A stretch of DNA of 64,000 nt from Spirochaetia bacterium. Its GTDB lineage: Bacteria > Spirochaetota > Spirochaetia > UBA9216. The position numbers and the translations under genes were made by a program. The DNA lies in NCBI GenBank assembly GCA_963675665.1, contig OY776510.1, positions 4,000,001 to 4,064,000 on the forward strand. The letters are read 5' to 3'. The notes under the pieces were generated by a model, which worked only from the letters and a program-made list of their open reading frames with translations, did no database searches and was not told the origin of the DNA. Below are positions 9,825 through 19,642 of the stretch, in pieces (position 1 is the stretch's first letter; each line of letters begins with the position of its first letter).

Positions 9825-11465
9825 TCAATTGTCTTTCTCACAGGCGCCCATAGACCATCCTCCGGCATTATCATTTGCCGGATCGTTGTCCGGACCGGCT
9901 GCAAGATTGGTCCGTGTTAAACCGTCGAAATCAGTTTCGAATCCCCAGCCGGAAAGTGAGCCGTCCAAACCTCCCTGCCTGACCTCTGCCGGTGAATCGG
10001 CCTTCAGATGCCAGTCGTTATCATTCATGGTTGAAAAATCATTGTCTGTCCCGTCAGGGTCAATGAGCAGAGGATCAGCATCCCAGTTCCCGCCGGCATA
10101 CCCCAGCAAATCTATATCGCCAAGTGTATCGATATCAGCTTCCCCGAAGGTATGGTAAAATATTGTATTACCTTCGATATCATGGAAATCATTATTATGA
10201 ATTGACTGGGCATTACCGTTGTTTGAGGTTGATTCGTATATACAGTATCCGCCTGAAACAGCAACTGAAAAAAGAATATTATTTTCGATAATCGGAGTAG
10301 ATTCATTCTGCAATGAAATTGCGGCACTCCAGTCACTTTCGCCTCCGGCTATAGTATTATTATAGACAGCTGCTGCACCTGAATTACAGATAATTCCAAA
10401 AGAGTCTCCTGATCCTGAAGCCTTGCCGCCAAAAATTATATTATTATATATTTTTGTTCCGTTTTCCGTATCGCTGATAATTCCCGTTGCGGCTCCATCA
10501 ACTGTACGACCGCCGTCAATAACGTTATTCTTTATTTCATTATAAAATCCCTGGTTCTTAACCGCGCAGGCTTCAGATTCTGCAGAACCTCCGAAAATGT
10601 AATTTCCTTCTACAGTCATCCGGGAATCTGTTCCACAGACTACAGCGAACGTCTTTGTCCCGACACCCCCGTCAATATTGTTATCGGTTATTGTTACATT
10701 GGAGCCCTCCTGAACAAGAACTCCGTTATTGCTGCTTCCTGATGTCCCTCCGGTAATAATATTTTCCTGAATTACGGGTAAAGAGTCTCTTGAAATAAAA
10801 ATACCTATATTAATAACAGTAGAAGAACCGCCGTAAATCTCATTTCTCCCTATTAAAGGTCTTGCTGCATCCACGGAAGAAACTGCTGCTGCAATTCCGC
10901 CGGCACTACCTGCATAGATAAAATTATTGGTAACAGTCGGAGATGAAGAAACTATATACAATGCCGTTGAAAGATCTCCGCTTCCGCCCTTTATAACAAA
11001 TCCGTCAAGGATTGTATTTTCAGTAACTCCTGACGGAACTGTAACGGCCTGATTTGTATCGCCTGCAATACCTCCGGAATCGCTCAGATCAATAATTACA
11101 GTAGAATTATTGACAGTATCCCTTGTAATAAAATCCGAAGAATACCCACCGTATAGTGAAACGCCTTCTTTTACAACAATATTATGCCCTTCCCTGTAAT
11201 TAACCTCATAAAGCCCAACAGCAACATAGACTTCCACCGTTTCGGCCAACCCGTCAGCAATATAGCCATAAGCTTTATCTATCCCGGCCTGTATGGTTTT
11301 AAGAGGTTCAGTTTTAACGCCCCGGTTCAAATCATTACCGGAATCAATGCTTACGTAGATAATATTTTCGAAACCCGTCATTCTTTCGATGTATGTCCGC
11401 AGGGCTATATCGCTGCATGAAAACAAAAGACATATAAAAAATAATACTGAAAACTTTCTCAACAT
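9825..11465 (-). CDS. Lipoprotein with a DUF1565-like start and a right-handed parallel beta-helix
   Basis: LLFSC lipobox; YVS...GND.N.G...PLKTIQAGI; repeated xxNxIxGG units; C-terminal DFDGLTR...SMGACE. Confidence 0.8.
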   Translation of the reverse strand: MLRKFSVLFFICLLFSCSDIALRTYIERMTGFENIIYVSIDSGNDLNRGVKTEPLKTIQAGIDKAYGYIADGLAETVEVYVAVGLYEVNYREGHNIVVKEGVSLYGGYSSDFITRDTVNNSTVIIDLSDSGGIAGDTNQAVTVPSGVTENTILDGFVIKGGSGDLSTALYIVSSSPTVTNNFIYAGSAGGIAAAVSSVDAARPLIGRNEIYGGSSTVINIGIFISRDSLPVIQENIITGGTSGSSNNGVLVQEGSNVTITDNNIDGGVGTKTFAVVCGTDSRMTVEGNYIFGGSAESEACAVKNQGFYNEIKNNVIDGGRTVDGAATGIISDTENGTKIYNNIIFGGKASGSGDSFGIICNSGAAAVYNNTIAGGESDWSAAISLQNESTPIIENNILFSVAVSGGYCIYESTSNNGNAQSIHNNDFHDIEGNTIFYHTFGEADIDTLGDIDLLGYAGGNWDADPLLIDPDGTDNDFSTMNDNDWHLKADSPAEVRQGGLDGSLSGWGFETDFDGLTRTNLAAGPDNDPANDNAGGWSMGACEKDN

Positions 11466-11664
11466 TTTAAATTTCCTGAAACCCGTTACAATAAAAACTG
11501 CTGGCTTACACGAATGTCTGACGGTAGAAAATCACGGATTTTTAATACTTTATTTAACGATAATACATTATGATGCTACATGAATCGTTTGGCAAGTATT
11601 ATATCTTTATCTGATAAGCACTAACGGGAAAAATATTTTCATGCCGGTATTATCCTGTCAAAAA

Positions 11665-12315
11665 TCAACCGTATAAAGCCATTTTTTCAGCAACATGTTT
11701 CCTGAGTACGGGGTCAACTTCATAATCAGAAAGATCTTTAAGATAGCCTTTTCGTACAGGGTCTCCGCTTCGGCTGCATATCATTTTCAGAATCTTTACG
11801 CAATCCTTGCGGTCAACAACGCTTGTATCAAGAACTATATCAAACAAATCCACATGATTCGGGGTAAAATAAAAGTTACTCTCAATGAATTTCTTTCTCA
11901 GGCGATCATCTTTCTTAATTATGGTCCCGGCTTCTTCCCGGCTGATTCCCAGCCTTCCGGCTTCGTTTGCTGCGCGAATATTAAACGGAGACTGGATTTT
12001 AACATGAATTACATTATTGAACTCATGCAAAATTCCATAACTTCCCCTTCCGGCGATAACGACATTATCATGCTGTGCTACTGCTATAATGATTTCTGTA
12101 AGAAATTTAACCGTTGTATGATGATATTCGTCCATTCTGTCCCAGAAATGAGAAACAGAATTATAGATATCGTCAAGTTTAATGATACCGTAATCCTTTA
12201 TAATATCCGCAATTCTGTCTTTGTCTATGTACTGGAATCCCGTTTCTTCGGCAAGACTGCGACCGATATATTCGCCGCCGCTGCCGAGCGACCTTGAAAT
12301 AGTTACTACACTCAT
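11665..12315 (-). CDS. Cytidylate kinase-like family protein
   Basis: VTISRSLGSGGEYIG, NVVIAGRGS, D..R..F, FDIVLDTS. Confidence 0.85.
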   Translation of the reverse strand: MSVVTISRSLGSGGEYIGRSLAEETGFQYIDKDRIADIIKDYGIIKLDDIYNSVSHFWDRMDEYHHTTVKFLTEIIIAVAQHDNVVIAGRGSYGILHEFNNVIHVKIQSPFNIRAANEAGRLGISREEAGTIIKKDDRLRKKFIESNFYFTPNHVDLFDIVLDTSVVDRKDCVKILKMICSRSGDPVRKGYLKDLSDYEVDPVLRKHVAEKMALYG

Positions 12316-12711
12316 GCTGTCCTCCTCAAAATAAAATTAATTCGGGAGACATAATTGTGCCTATGTAAAATATAATTACAGACAGATCTTAAATCAAATA
12401 ATTTAGATACACGTTTTAATTCCCTCTGTTGCCGGAAAGACTATTCTCCACAAGACGCTTAACATAGGTTTCCAGTTTTATATTAATTAAATTATCCTCC
12501 AGAAAAAATAGTTCATAAACAAGTGCCATGGATCTTACTCTGCCCTGGCCTAAGCCATGAAAAATACTTATCAGTTGTTTTACAAAAAATCGGGCTGAAG
12601 CATGTTCACATCACCTTTATTGATATCGCCAGAAAATCAATTGGTATTGCTGCTTTATCTTTAACCATCATAAATACCAGCCGGAATATTATTCCGCGTT
12701 AAGTTCTGCAT

Positions 12712-14469
12712 TCAACTTGTTCGTCTGTCAAGAACCAGGTTGCTTCCCTTTGTTTTTTTTGCATATTTCTTGAGCTCTCCGCATCGCCCGGAAACTTCAA
12801 GAAAATGGGACATATGAACTTTCCCGGTTATAACGCCGGCCATGCTGAACGCCATAATCGGGAATTTCATAATTTGTCCTTCCCTGTTTTTTTCTTCAAT
12901 ATATCCGTCATCCAGATGAATCTTACTGTAAAAGTTCCTGATTCCGTTATCAAAAAGACGGCAAATTTCATCGGCTGCGTTATGTACTGCCTCAGAAGGC
13001 ACTATAAAAATAAAATCATCGCCGCCTATATGCCCGCAGAAAGTGTTTTTTGACGGATAATGCGTCACAACTTTCTTAAGAATTCCGGCGGTAAAATGGA
13101 TAACCTCATCTCCTTTGGAAAAACCGTAAGTATCGTTATATGCTTTAAAGTTATCCAGATCGCCGTATACTATGGCTGTTCCTGCGTTCTCATTCAGGAC
13201 TTCCTGGATCTTTTTATTTATAACCCTGTTTCCCGGCAGTTTTGTCAACGGGTTTGCATCGAGGGCCCTGATCCTGAGGTTGTTTATCCATAAAATAAGA
13301 TATAAAAAGACTGAAAAATTGATAAAGAGAATGAAAAATATTAAAACGAGCGAATTTATATATGGAGCAAATGCCCTGGTATCATTTATCTCCATAATAT
13401 ATCCGAAATCCAGTTCTTCAATCCAGAACCCGGCCCCGATTACTCTTGAATTCAGATAGTTTCTGTACGTTTTTCCAAAGCCTGTAAGTCCGTCCGGCTT
13501 TTCTGATATCAAAGTATTTATTATCATGATATTTGATTGCTCCGGAAACCCTTCAATTTTTGTATATTTTAAAGGATTGATTACAGGAATTGTCTGGTAA
13601 TTTCCCGACCATCCTGCCGCTCTGAGCTTTTCAGAATATTCACTGCCGGAGGATAGCTCTGTTACAGGTTTACCCTCTTTATCTATCAGATAGCGATGTA
13701 CATTCTTAAACAATGAATAGATATCATCATTTGCATTAACCGAACGATCAGGTCCCGAAACCATTCCGCTTTCCGTCAGATTTCCGGTAATCATACCCAG
13801 CCGCGCTTCAGTAGCTATATACCCGCAGTTTTCTCCTGCGTCATCCCTTATCTCAATAAAAAAGTAGATAACCGGCTCCATAAAAGAAACTGTTTCGCTC
13901 AGCCGCATGTTTTCCAGCACAAAAAATAATCCGAAGCCTTTTTGATCAATTACCGTTTCCTTCAGTTTCTCAAAACTGGAAAATTCCCTGTAAAGTTTCT
14001 CCGGAATGGTTCCGGCTATAAGTATTCCATCGTTTGAAATAAACTGGACCGGCATGTTATTAACTCCCGGAGGAAGAGCTCCAGGTATTTCTGAATCTCC
14101 TGCGAACGGCTTTTCAGGAGGCTCATTTAAAGGTCTGTTTATATCGGAAGGAAAAATCCCGGTATTTTTATAACTTTCATAATATTCAAGATATTCGGAA
14201 AACTGGTTATAAAATCCGGGCAGTTCAGTCAGGGTTACCATATGGTCTCTGTAGCTGCTGTTTATATTGTCCAGCGCATTGCAGATATTTAAATATTCCT
14301 GTTGGTAATAGTGATAAAGATTTTTATCACTGGTTCTTTTCAGAAAAATAAACGAAAGAATAATAAAAAACAGGAAAAGGATCGATGCACTGAGAATAAA
14401 ACGCAAAACGAGCTTTCCAGGCCTGACGTCCTTATCATTAATAAACAGGCTTTCCAGTAGCATAACCAA
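12712..14469 (-). CDS. Membrane-bound diguanylate cyclase (2 TM, periplasmic sensor, GGDEF domain)
   Basis: NPLTKLPGN, DLDNFKAYNDTYGFSKGD, GHIGGDDF. Confidence 0.9.
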   Translation of the reverse strand: MVMLLESLFINDKDVRPGKLVLRFILSASILFLFFIILSFIFLKRTSDKNLYHYYQQEYLNICNALDNINSSYRDHMVTLTELPGFYNQFSEYLEYYESYKNTGIFPSDINRPLNEPPEKPFAGDSEIPGALPPGVNNMPVQFISNDGILIAGTIPEKLYREFSSFEKLKETVIDQKGFGLFFVLENMRLSETVSFMEPVIYFFIEIRDDAGENCGYIATEARLGMITGNLTESGMVSGPDRSVNANDDIYSLFKNVHRYLIDKEGKPVTELSSGSEYSEKLRAAGWSGNYQTIPVINPLKYTKIEGFPEQSNIMIINTLISEKPDGLTGFGKTYRNYLNSRVIGAGFWIEELDFGYIMEINDTRAFAPYINSLVLIFFILFINFSVFLYLILWINNLRIRALDANPLTKLPGNRVINKKIQEVLNENAGTAIVYGDLDNFKAYNDTYGFSKGDEVIHFTAGILKKVVTHYPSKNTFCGHIGGDDFIFIVPSEAVHNAADEICRLFDNGIRNFYSKIHLDDGYIEEKNREGQIMKFPIMAFSMAGVITGKVHMSHFLEVSGRCGELKKYAKKTKGSNLVLDRRTS

Positions 14470-14602
14470 ATGTTAATATATCCATCCCTTGTTTTCAAAT
14501 TCAGATGCCTGAATTTATAAATTAAAATAGAACAATTCCCCTTCCTGCCCAATTTTCCTGTAAAACCGTGACATTAATCAAATATAGGTATATTCTCATA
14601 AC

Positions 14603-16786
14603 ATGAGCAGCCCGTTTCTCTCTTCAGAAGAAAAAATCAGGGGAATAAAACATCAGTTTCGGCATCAAACTCTGAATGGAATGGGTTTCAACTTTCTCGG
14701 CGACACTCCGGTATCATTACTTGCAATTTACTTCGGTGCAACCAATACCGAAATAGGATATCTGAGCGCCGTTCTTTACATTTCAGGCCTGTTGCTTTCT
14801 TTCACACCAAAACTTCTGGCAGGTAAAAATATAGTCCGGGTACAATATCTTGCATGGCTGATAAGAGGGTTCGTTTGTATTCCGTATATAGCCCTTTTTT
14901 TTATCGACGGAAGACCCGCGGTACTTCTGATAATAGTAACTTATACGCTTTTCTGCTGTACAAGAATTGTAGGAGCATCCTTATATCAGCCGATTATCAG
15001 AATGATTTCCACAAACAGAACCAGAGGTGAGGTTCTTGCAGCATCATCTTTACGATTCCAGATTGCCACCACATTCTCAAAAGCAATAAGTTTTCTTGTT
15101 ACCTCGCTTAAGCAGCTGACAGGGATTACGGGAATACTCATCCTGGGCATGGCGGGAATAGTCATGAACACTCTTTCTGCTTTTGAAATCAGAAAAATTC
15201 CGTGTAAAGAAAAAATACATTATAAAAAAGGCCGGAATGTTTTTGCAATTTTTAAAGAATCTTTCAAAATCAGAAATTTACGCTATCTTCTTTTGCTTTC
15301 TTTTCTGAATGCCGCGTTAATAGTGCTTTTCGGGTTTATTATTCCTCTGCTTAGCCGCGATGCAGGGTTTTCCACATCGGAGATTTTCCTTGCTTCAATT
15401 ACAGCGGCTCTTGCGACCATTCTATCCGCCTATTTCTCCAGGAATTTCGCGGACAGAATAGGCAGCAGACCGCTTATTGTCGGGGTGCTTATTCTGCTTT
15501 CTTTCTCTTCGCTGATTTGGGCGTTGTCGGGCTTTATCACATATAAACCCGTTTATTATATAATCATGTTTTTGTCGACATTTTTCCTTAGAGCAAATGA
15601 TTTATTGATCGGCAGGCTGATTGTCGGCAGCCTCCCTGAAAAAGATTCTGTCGGTTTTTCAAGCATGATAAATTTTTTCATTGCATTTGTCGCCCTGTTT
15701 GCAGGAATAACCGGCGGAAAACTTGCAGACCTTTCGAGGGCATCAGTTATAATTGATTACCAGAGCAATTACATATATACGTTTTTATTTGCATTTATTC
15801 TTTGTATTATCTCACTTTTCTTTACAATTAAAATCAGGGAACAGGGAAGCCTGTCCCCTGCGGAAGCAGCATCAATTATCTTTTCTCCATCCAAACTGTC
15901 TACCTACATCAATATTGGTAAACTATATTCTGTAGAAGACCCGTTGCAGCGTAAAACACTTCTGATGAATATTGGAATGGATAACTCCAAGCTTGCCACA
16001 GATGAAATCCGCTCCATATTGTTCAGCCCGTTATCAAATGATAAGGGCCTGATGATAACTTCTCTCTTTTCAAATCCCAGACCCGTACTTCTACCGGAAC
16101 TCCTGAATGAAGCATCTGAACCGAATTCATATCATCAGCTGAAGGCGATCTTTGCTCTCGGAGCATACCCCTGCAAACAAACTGAAGAAGTCCTGTTGAA
16201 ACTCCTTGACAACCATGATTCTGCCGTCGCTTCAAACGCCGCAAAATCGTTAGGAAGAATAGGACATAAAGAGCAGCTTGAAAAAGTGAGAAAAATGGCT
16301 TCCGAAGCCGTAGGAATCTGGAATAACCTGAACCTGATTATTGCCCTGAAAAATATGGACGATACAGGCAGATACCTTTCAGGGGTATTCAATAAGGATA
16401 AAGTCTTGTCCGGAAGCATGTTTAACCAGACAATATACAGCCTGTATGCAAATATCCTTGAATTCGAACCGCCTCTTGCAGATATATACCAGAGCAGAAA
16501 CATGAAAAAAGGACAGGGGTTGCAGGACTTCCTCGACGAATCAAGGGAAGAAGAAGCCTTTTTTAAATATCATCAGGATTTTCTTTTATGGTTCAACAAT
16601 GACAACTATAACGGTATATGGTCCAAATCAAAAGAAATTGTGAACTCAATAAATACAGACCCATATTTCGAACATCTTAAGGAAAGCATCTTAACCTTCC
16701 CCCCTGAAAGAAGCGAATATGACGATGCCTTGGCCGCGGTTTATTTTACTTACCAGCTTTTGAAAATGTCGTCGGAAGGATTGTAA
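14603..16786 (+). CDS. MFS transporter fused to C-terminal HEAT repeats
   Basis: ~12 hydrophobic segments, FADRIGSRP motif; AIFALG and AAKSLGRIG HEAT-like repeats. Confidence 0.85.
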   Translation: MSSPFLSSEEKIRGIKHQFRHQTLNGMGFNFLGDTPVSLLAIYFGATNTEIGYLSAVLYISGLLLSFTPKLLAGKNIVRVQYLAWLIRGFVCIPYIALFFIDGRPAVLLIIVTYTLFCCTRIVGASLYQPIIRMISTNRTRGEVLAASSLRFQIATTFSKAISFLVTSLKQLTGITGILILGMAGIVMNTLSAFEIRKIPCKEKIHYKKGRNVFAIFKESFKIRNLRYLLLLSFLNAALIVLFGFIIPLLSRDAGFSTSEIFLASITAALATILSAYFSRNFADRIGSRPLIVGVLILLSFSSLIWALSGFITYKPVYYIIMFLSTFFLRANDLLIGRLIVGSLPEKDSVGFSSMINFFIAFVALFAGITGGKLADLSRASVIIDYQSNYIYTFLFAFILCIISLFFTIKIREQGSLSPAEAASIIFSPSKLSTYINIGKLYSVEDPLQRKTLLMNIGMDNSKLATDEIRSILFSPLSNDKGLMITSLFSNPRPVLLPELLNEASEPNSYHQLKAIFALGAYPCKQTEEVLLKLLDNHDSAVASNAAKSLGRIGHKEQLEKVRKMASEAVGIWNNLNLIIALKNMDDTGRYLSGVFNKDKVLSGSMFNQTIYSLYANILEFEPPLADIYQSRNMKKGQGLQDFLDESREEEAFFKYHQDFLLWFNNDNYNGIWSKSKEIVNSINTDPYFEHLKESILTFPPERSEYDDALAAVYFTYQLLKMSSEGL

Positions 16787-16789
16787 TTC

Positions 16790-18061
16790 CTATGACTGCA
16801 ATACGAATTTTTCCAGATTCAAATCCGCCGCAAGAATAAAAGCTTCACCTCTGCAGAAAAACTTCACTGAAACAGTAAGGCAAAGATGATTTGAAGCTGA
16901 TGATACATATATGCCTGAAATATATGAATTTTCGCCGTCGATAATATGTCTGCAGTAAGATCGTGTACTTCGGTCTGCGCCCTTTCCGCTGTTATCAATC
17001 ATATTAATAAAATCAGGGTGTACAACATTATTATCAATTTGCTGCCCCCTGCCGTTCATTACATACAGCAGTTCTATAAAATTATATTTATTAAAACAAT
17101 TTTTCAGATAATCATTAAAATTAATCCTGCAATCTGAAAGATCCTTTGCTATTTCTTCTACGGATTTAACAGCTTCATCATGCCAGTCAAGCCTAACCTC
17201 ACCCATATTTTCCAGAATATCCTTTACAACATTGTGTAATTGCTCAGACTGTTGATGTACCTGCCCTATCTGAAATGCGGATTTTTCAGCGCCTTCCAGT
17301 ATCATTTCAGCCGATCTTTCCTGAAGTTCGTTTCTTTTAACCAGAGATTCAACAAGCACGCTTATTTCATCAGATTCATTTTTTATATTTTCATTATGCG
17401 ACTCAATATCAGAAAAAACTTCATATATATAACCGGCCTCGTTTTTGCTTTTCTTTAACGACTCCGATGAATCAACAAATAATTTCTGAACGTCTTCTGA
17501 AGCCGACGTGAAATTGTTAACAATTTTTTCTACTTTTTTTGCCTAAAGCTCCGTTTCCTGCGCAAGAGCTTTCATTTCCCTTGCAATCACTCCGAAACCG
17601 GCCCCGTAAGCCCCCTGCCTTGCGGCTTCAATTGCACCGTTAATTGACAGAACATCCAGTCTTCCGGACAGATCTTTAATAATATTGGTCATTTTATTTA
17701 TTTCTTCCGATTTATTTTTAAATTCGCTGATAAATAATCTTCCCTTTTCAATCGATTCGGAAAGTCCGTTTATTTCACCCAGATAAGTTTTCTGTCTTTC
17801 AATTCCGGCCTTTGACGCATTATCCGCCTGATTTGAAGTCTGTTTCAGTCCTGTTGCTTTCTCAAGTATTTTATTTACCTCTGAAAGAGCATCGCTGTTT
17901 TCTTTCTGGACTTTTGAGGTCTGACCAGTCTGACTGTTAATATTTGTATTCAGAATTTCAACATTTTCACTTAAGGTAAATGCGCTTTCTGAGACTTTTA
18001 CCATTTGCCTGATTATATTCTTAAAAATATTGTTCTTTTTATCAACCGTTTCCATTTTCAA
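16790..18061 (-). pseudogene. Soluble methyl-accepting chemotaxis protein with C-terminal PDC/Cache-like domain, interrupted by one in-frame TAG (17543-17545)
   Basis: LSINGAIEAARQGAYGAGFGVIAREM MCP signature; the frame stays open for 61 codons after the TAG and joins ORF 16790-17359 (DRSTRSY...YVSSASNHLCLTVS). Confidence 0.85.
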
Positions 18062-18256
18062 TAACCCCGATTCAGTAAATATTTTTTCAGAACACTCCGG
18101 AATCCCCAGTTTTTACACCGCAGCTGAAACGTTCATGGAACTTTTTGTATTTTAATTTTATTGACCTTTAAGAAACATTCAAGGCTTTTCAGGAAATATT
18201 TTTATACAATATCTCTTTTAATCATGATAATATAATTCATCATAAAGAAATAATAT

Positions 18257-19494
18257 ATGAATGTGATTTCAGTTTTGACCATTTCCGCTGCCATTCTGTA
18301 CCTGTACTTTACCATCATGGTTATCCGGACAACAATATTTTCGGTGTCCAAATGGCTGCTTGCGGCATGTTCGTTCTGCCTTATGTACTGGGCATTTCTG
18401 GCATATTTCACCTACAATGCCTCGGATTTAAAACATATCCGTCTTCTTTTTCAGATTTCTTCAAGCGGTTTAATACTGTTCTTACCCCTGCAGAACCTGT
18501 TTTTAAAATCCCTCCACGGCAGGATAACCATTCCCCATATCCTGACTGTAAGCCTGCCGGCGCTGATATTCATCATAAGAAACACCTGCTGGGACGTAAC
18601 CTTCTCGGATTTCTATCTTGAAAACGGGCAATGGCTATTCGTAAAAGCCGAAGGCGTATGGAACCTCTTATGGAGCTTTTATATGCCGGCGATGGTTGCG
18701 GCGGGAAATATGTTCCTTCTGCTCTGGTACAGGAAAACCACTCTTAACCGGGAAAAGAAGCAGATAAGACTGCTTATAATATCCTCGACTATAACACTGA
18801 TACTTTCAGTAGCGGAATACTTGTTTCATCCGTTCTTTTCCGATCTATGGACAGTATCCATCTCGCCTGTCCTTTTCGTCCCCTGGGTTTACGGATTTGT
18901 ATTGGCGATTAAAAGATACCAGCTTTTTAACATAGTTATTGAGGATGTCACCCGGCGTATACTTGAATCCATCGATGAGCTTGTAGTTCTGGTGGGCTCT
19001 GATGGAAAACCGGTTTATTTCAACAGGAAAGCAGACGAATTTTTTCGTGAAACAGACAACAACATAAGAAAAGGCAATTTCAGTATTCTTATACCAAAAA
19101 CCGTTGGATCCAAAACCATAACACAGGTAGAAATCAATAAACTTCCCTTAAAAAAAATCTTGTGCTGTCGCCTGTAAAACCGGACAGGAGCATCCAATCT
19201 CTTAACGTTGAAATAACGTCCGTGAAGGATAAATTTGAAGACCCGCTCGGCTATCTTATTATCGGCGCTGAAGCCGAACCGTCCGGAAGCATGTACCGTA
19301 AGTTCAAACTCTCACAGCGGGAAGCCGATGTTGCAAGCGGACTTTTAAATGGTCTCAGAACACAGGCCATCGCCGAATCGTTGGGAATATCTGAACGTAC
19401 CGTAAAAGCCCATATAAGCAATATCTTTAAAAAAACGGGCGTATCAAGCAGGGTTGAGTTTATTTCAATGTTCTTTGAGGAGAAAAGACAGTAA
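18257..19494 (+). pseudogene. 7TM (HisKA_7TM-like) sensor, PAS-like region and LuxR-type HTH regulator, frameshifted at an A8 tract (19150-19157)
   Basis: 7 hydrophobic segments then ESIDELVVLVGSDGKPVYFN; the -1 frame encodes LSQREADVASGLLNGL...IAESLGISERTVKAHISNIFKKTGVSSR. Confidence 0.85.
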
Positions 19495-19568
19495 CCGGGC
19501 AGGCGTTCCAGGCTTACCTTAAACTCCAACCGAGCAAACCATAAAAAAAATTAAAAAAAATCTTTTTC

Positions 19569-19612
19569 TAGTACCTTCGTACGATGTTGAATTTCTCCGG
19601 CGGGGATATAAT
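19569..19612 (+). promoter_or_regulatory. Candidate activator-dependent promoter: palindrome TAGTAC-N4-GTACGA plus -10 TATAAT
   Basis: Imperfect palindrome at 19569-19584; TATAAT at 19607-19612; no consensus -35 at 17-bp spacing. Confidence 0.5.
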
Positions 19613-19642
19613 TTTCACAATAAGTGTATCCGGAGGAATGAT

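Noticed and set aside
12316-12711. 400-bp intergenic region as a gene remnant or ncRNA
   Set aside because: No ORF in the track and no recognisable motif or strong structure by eye.
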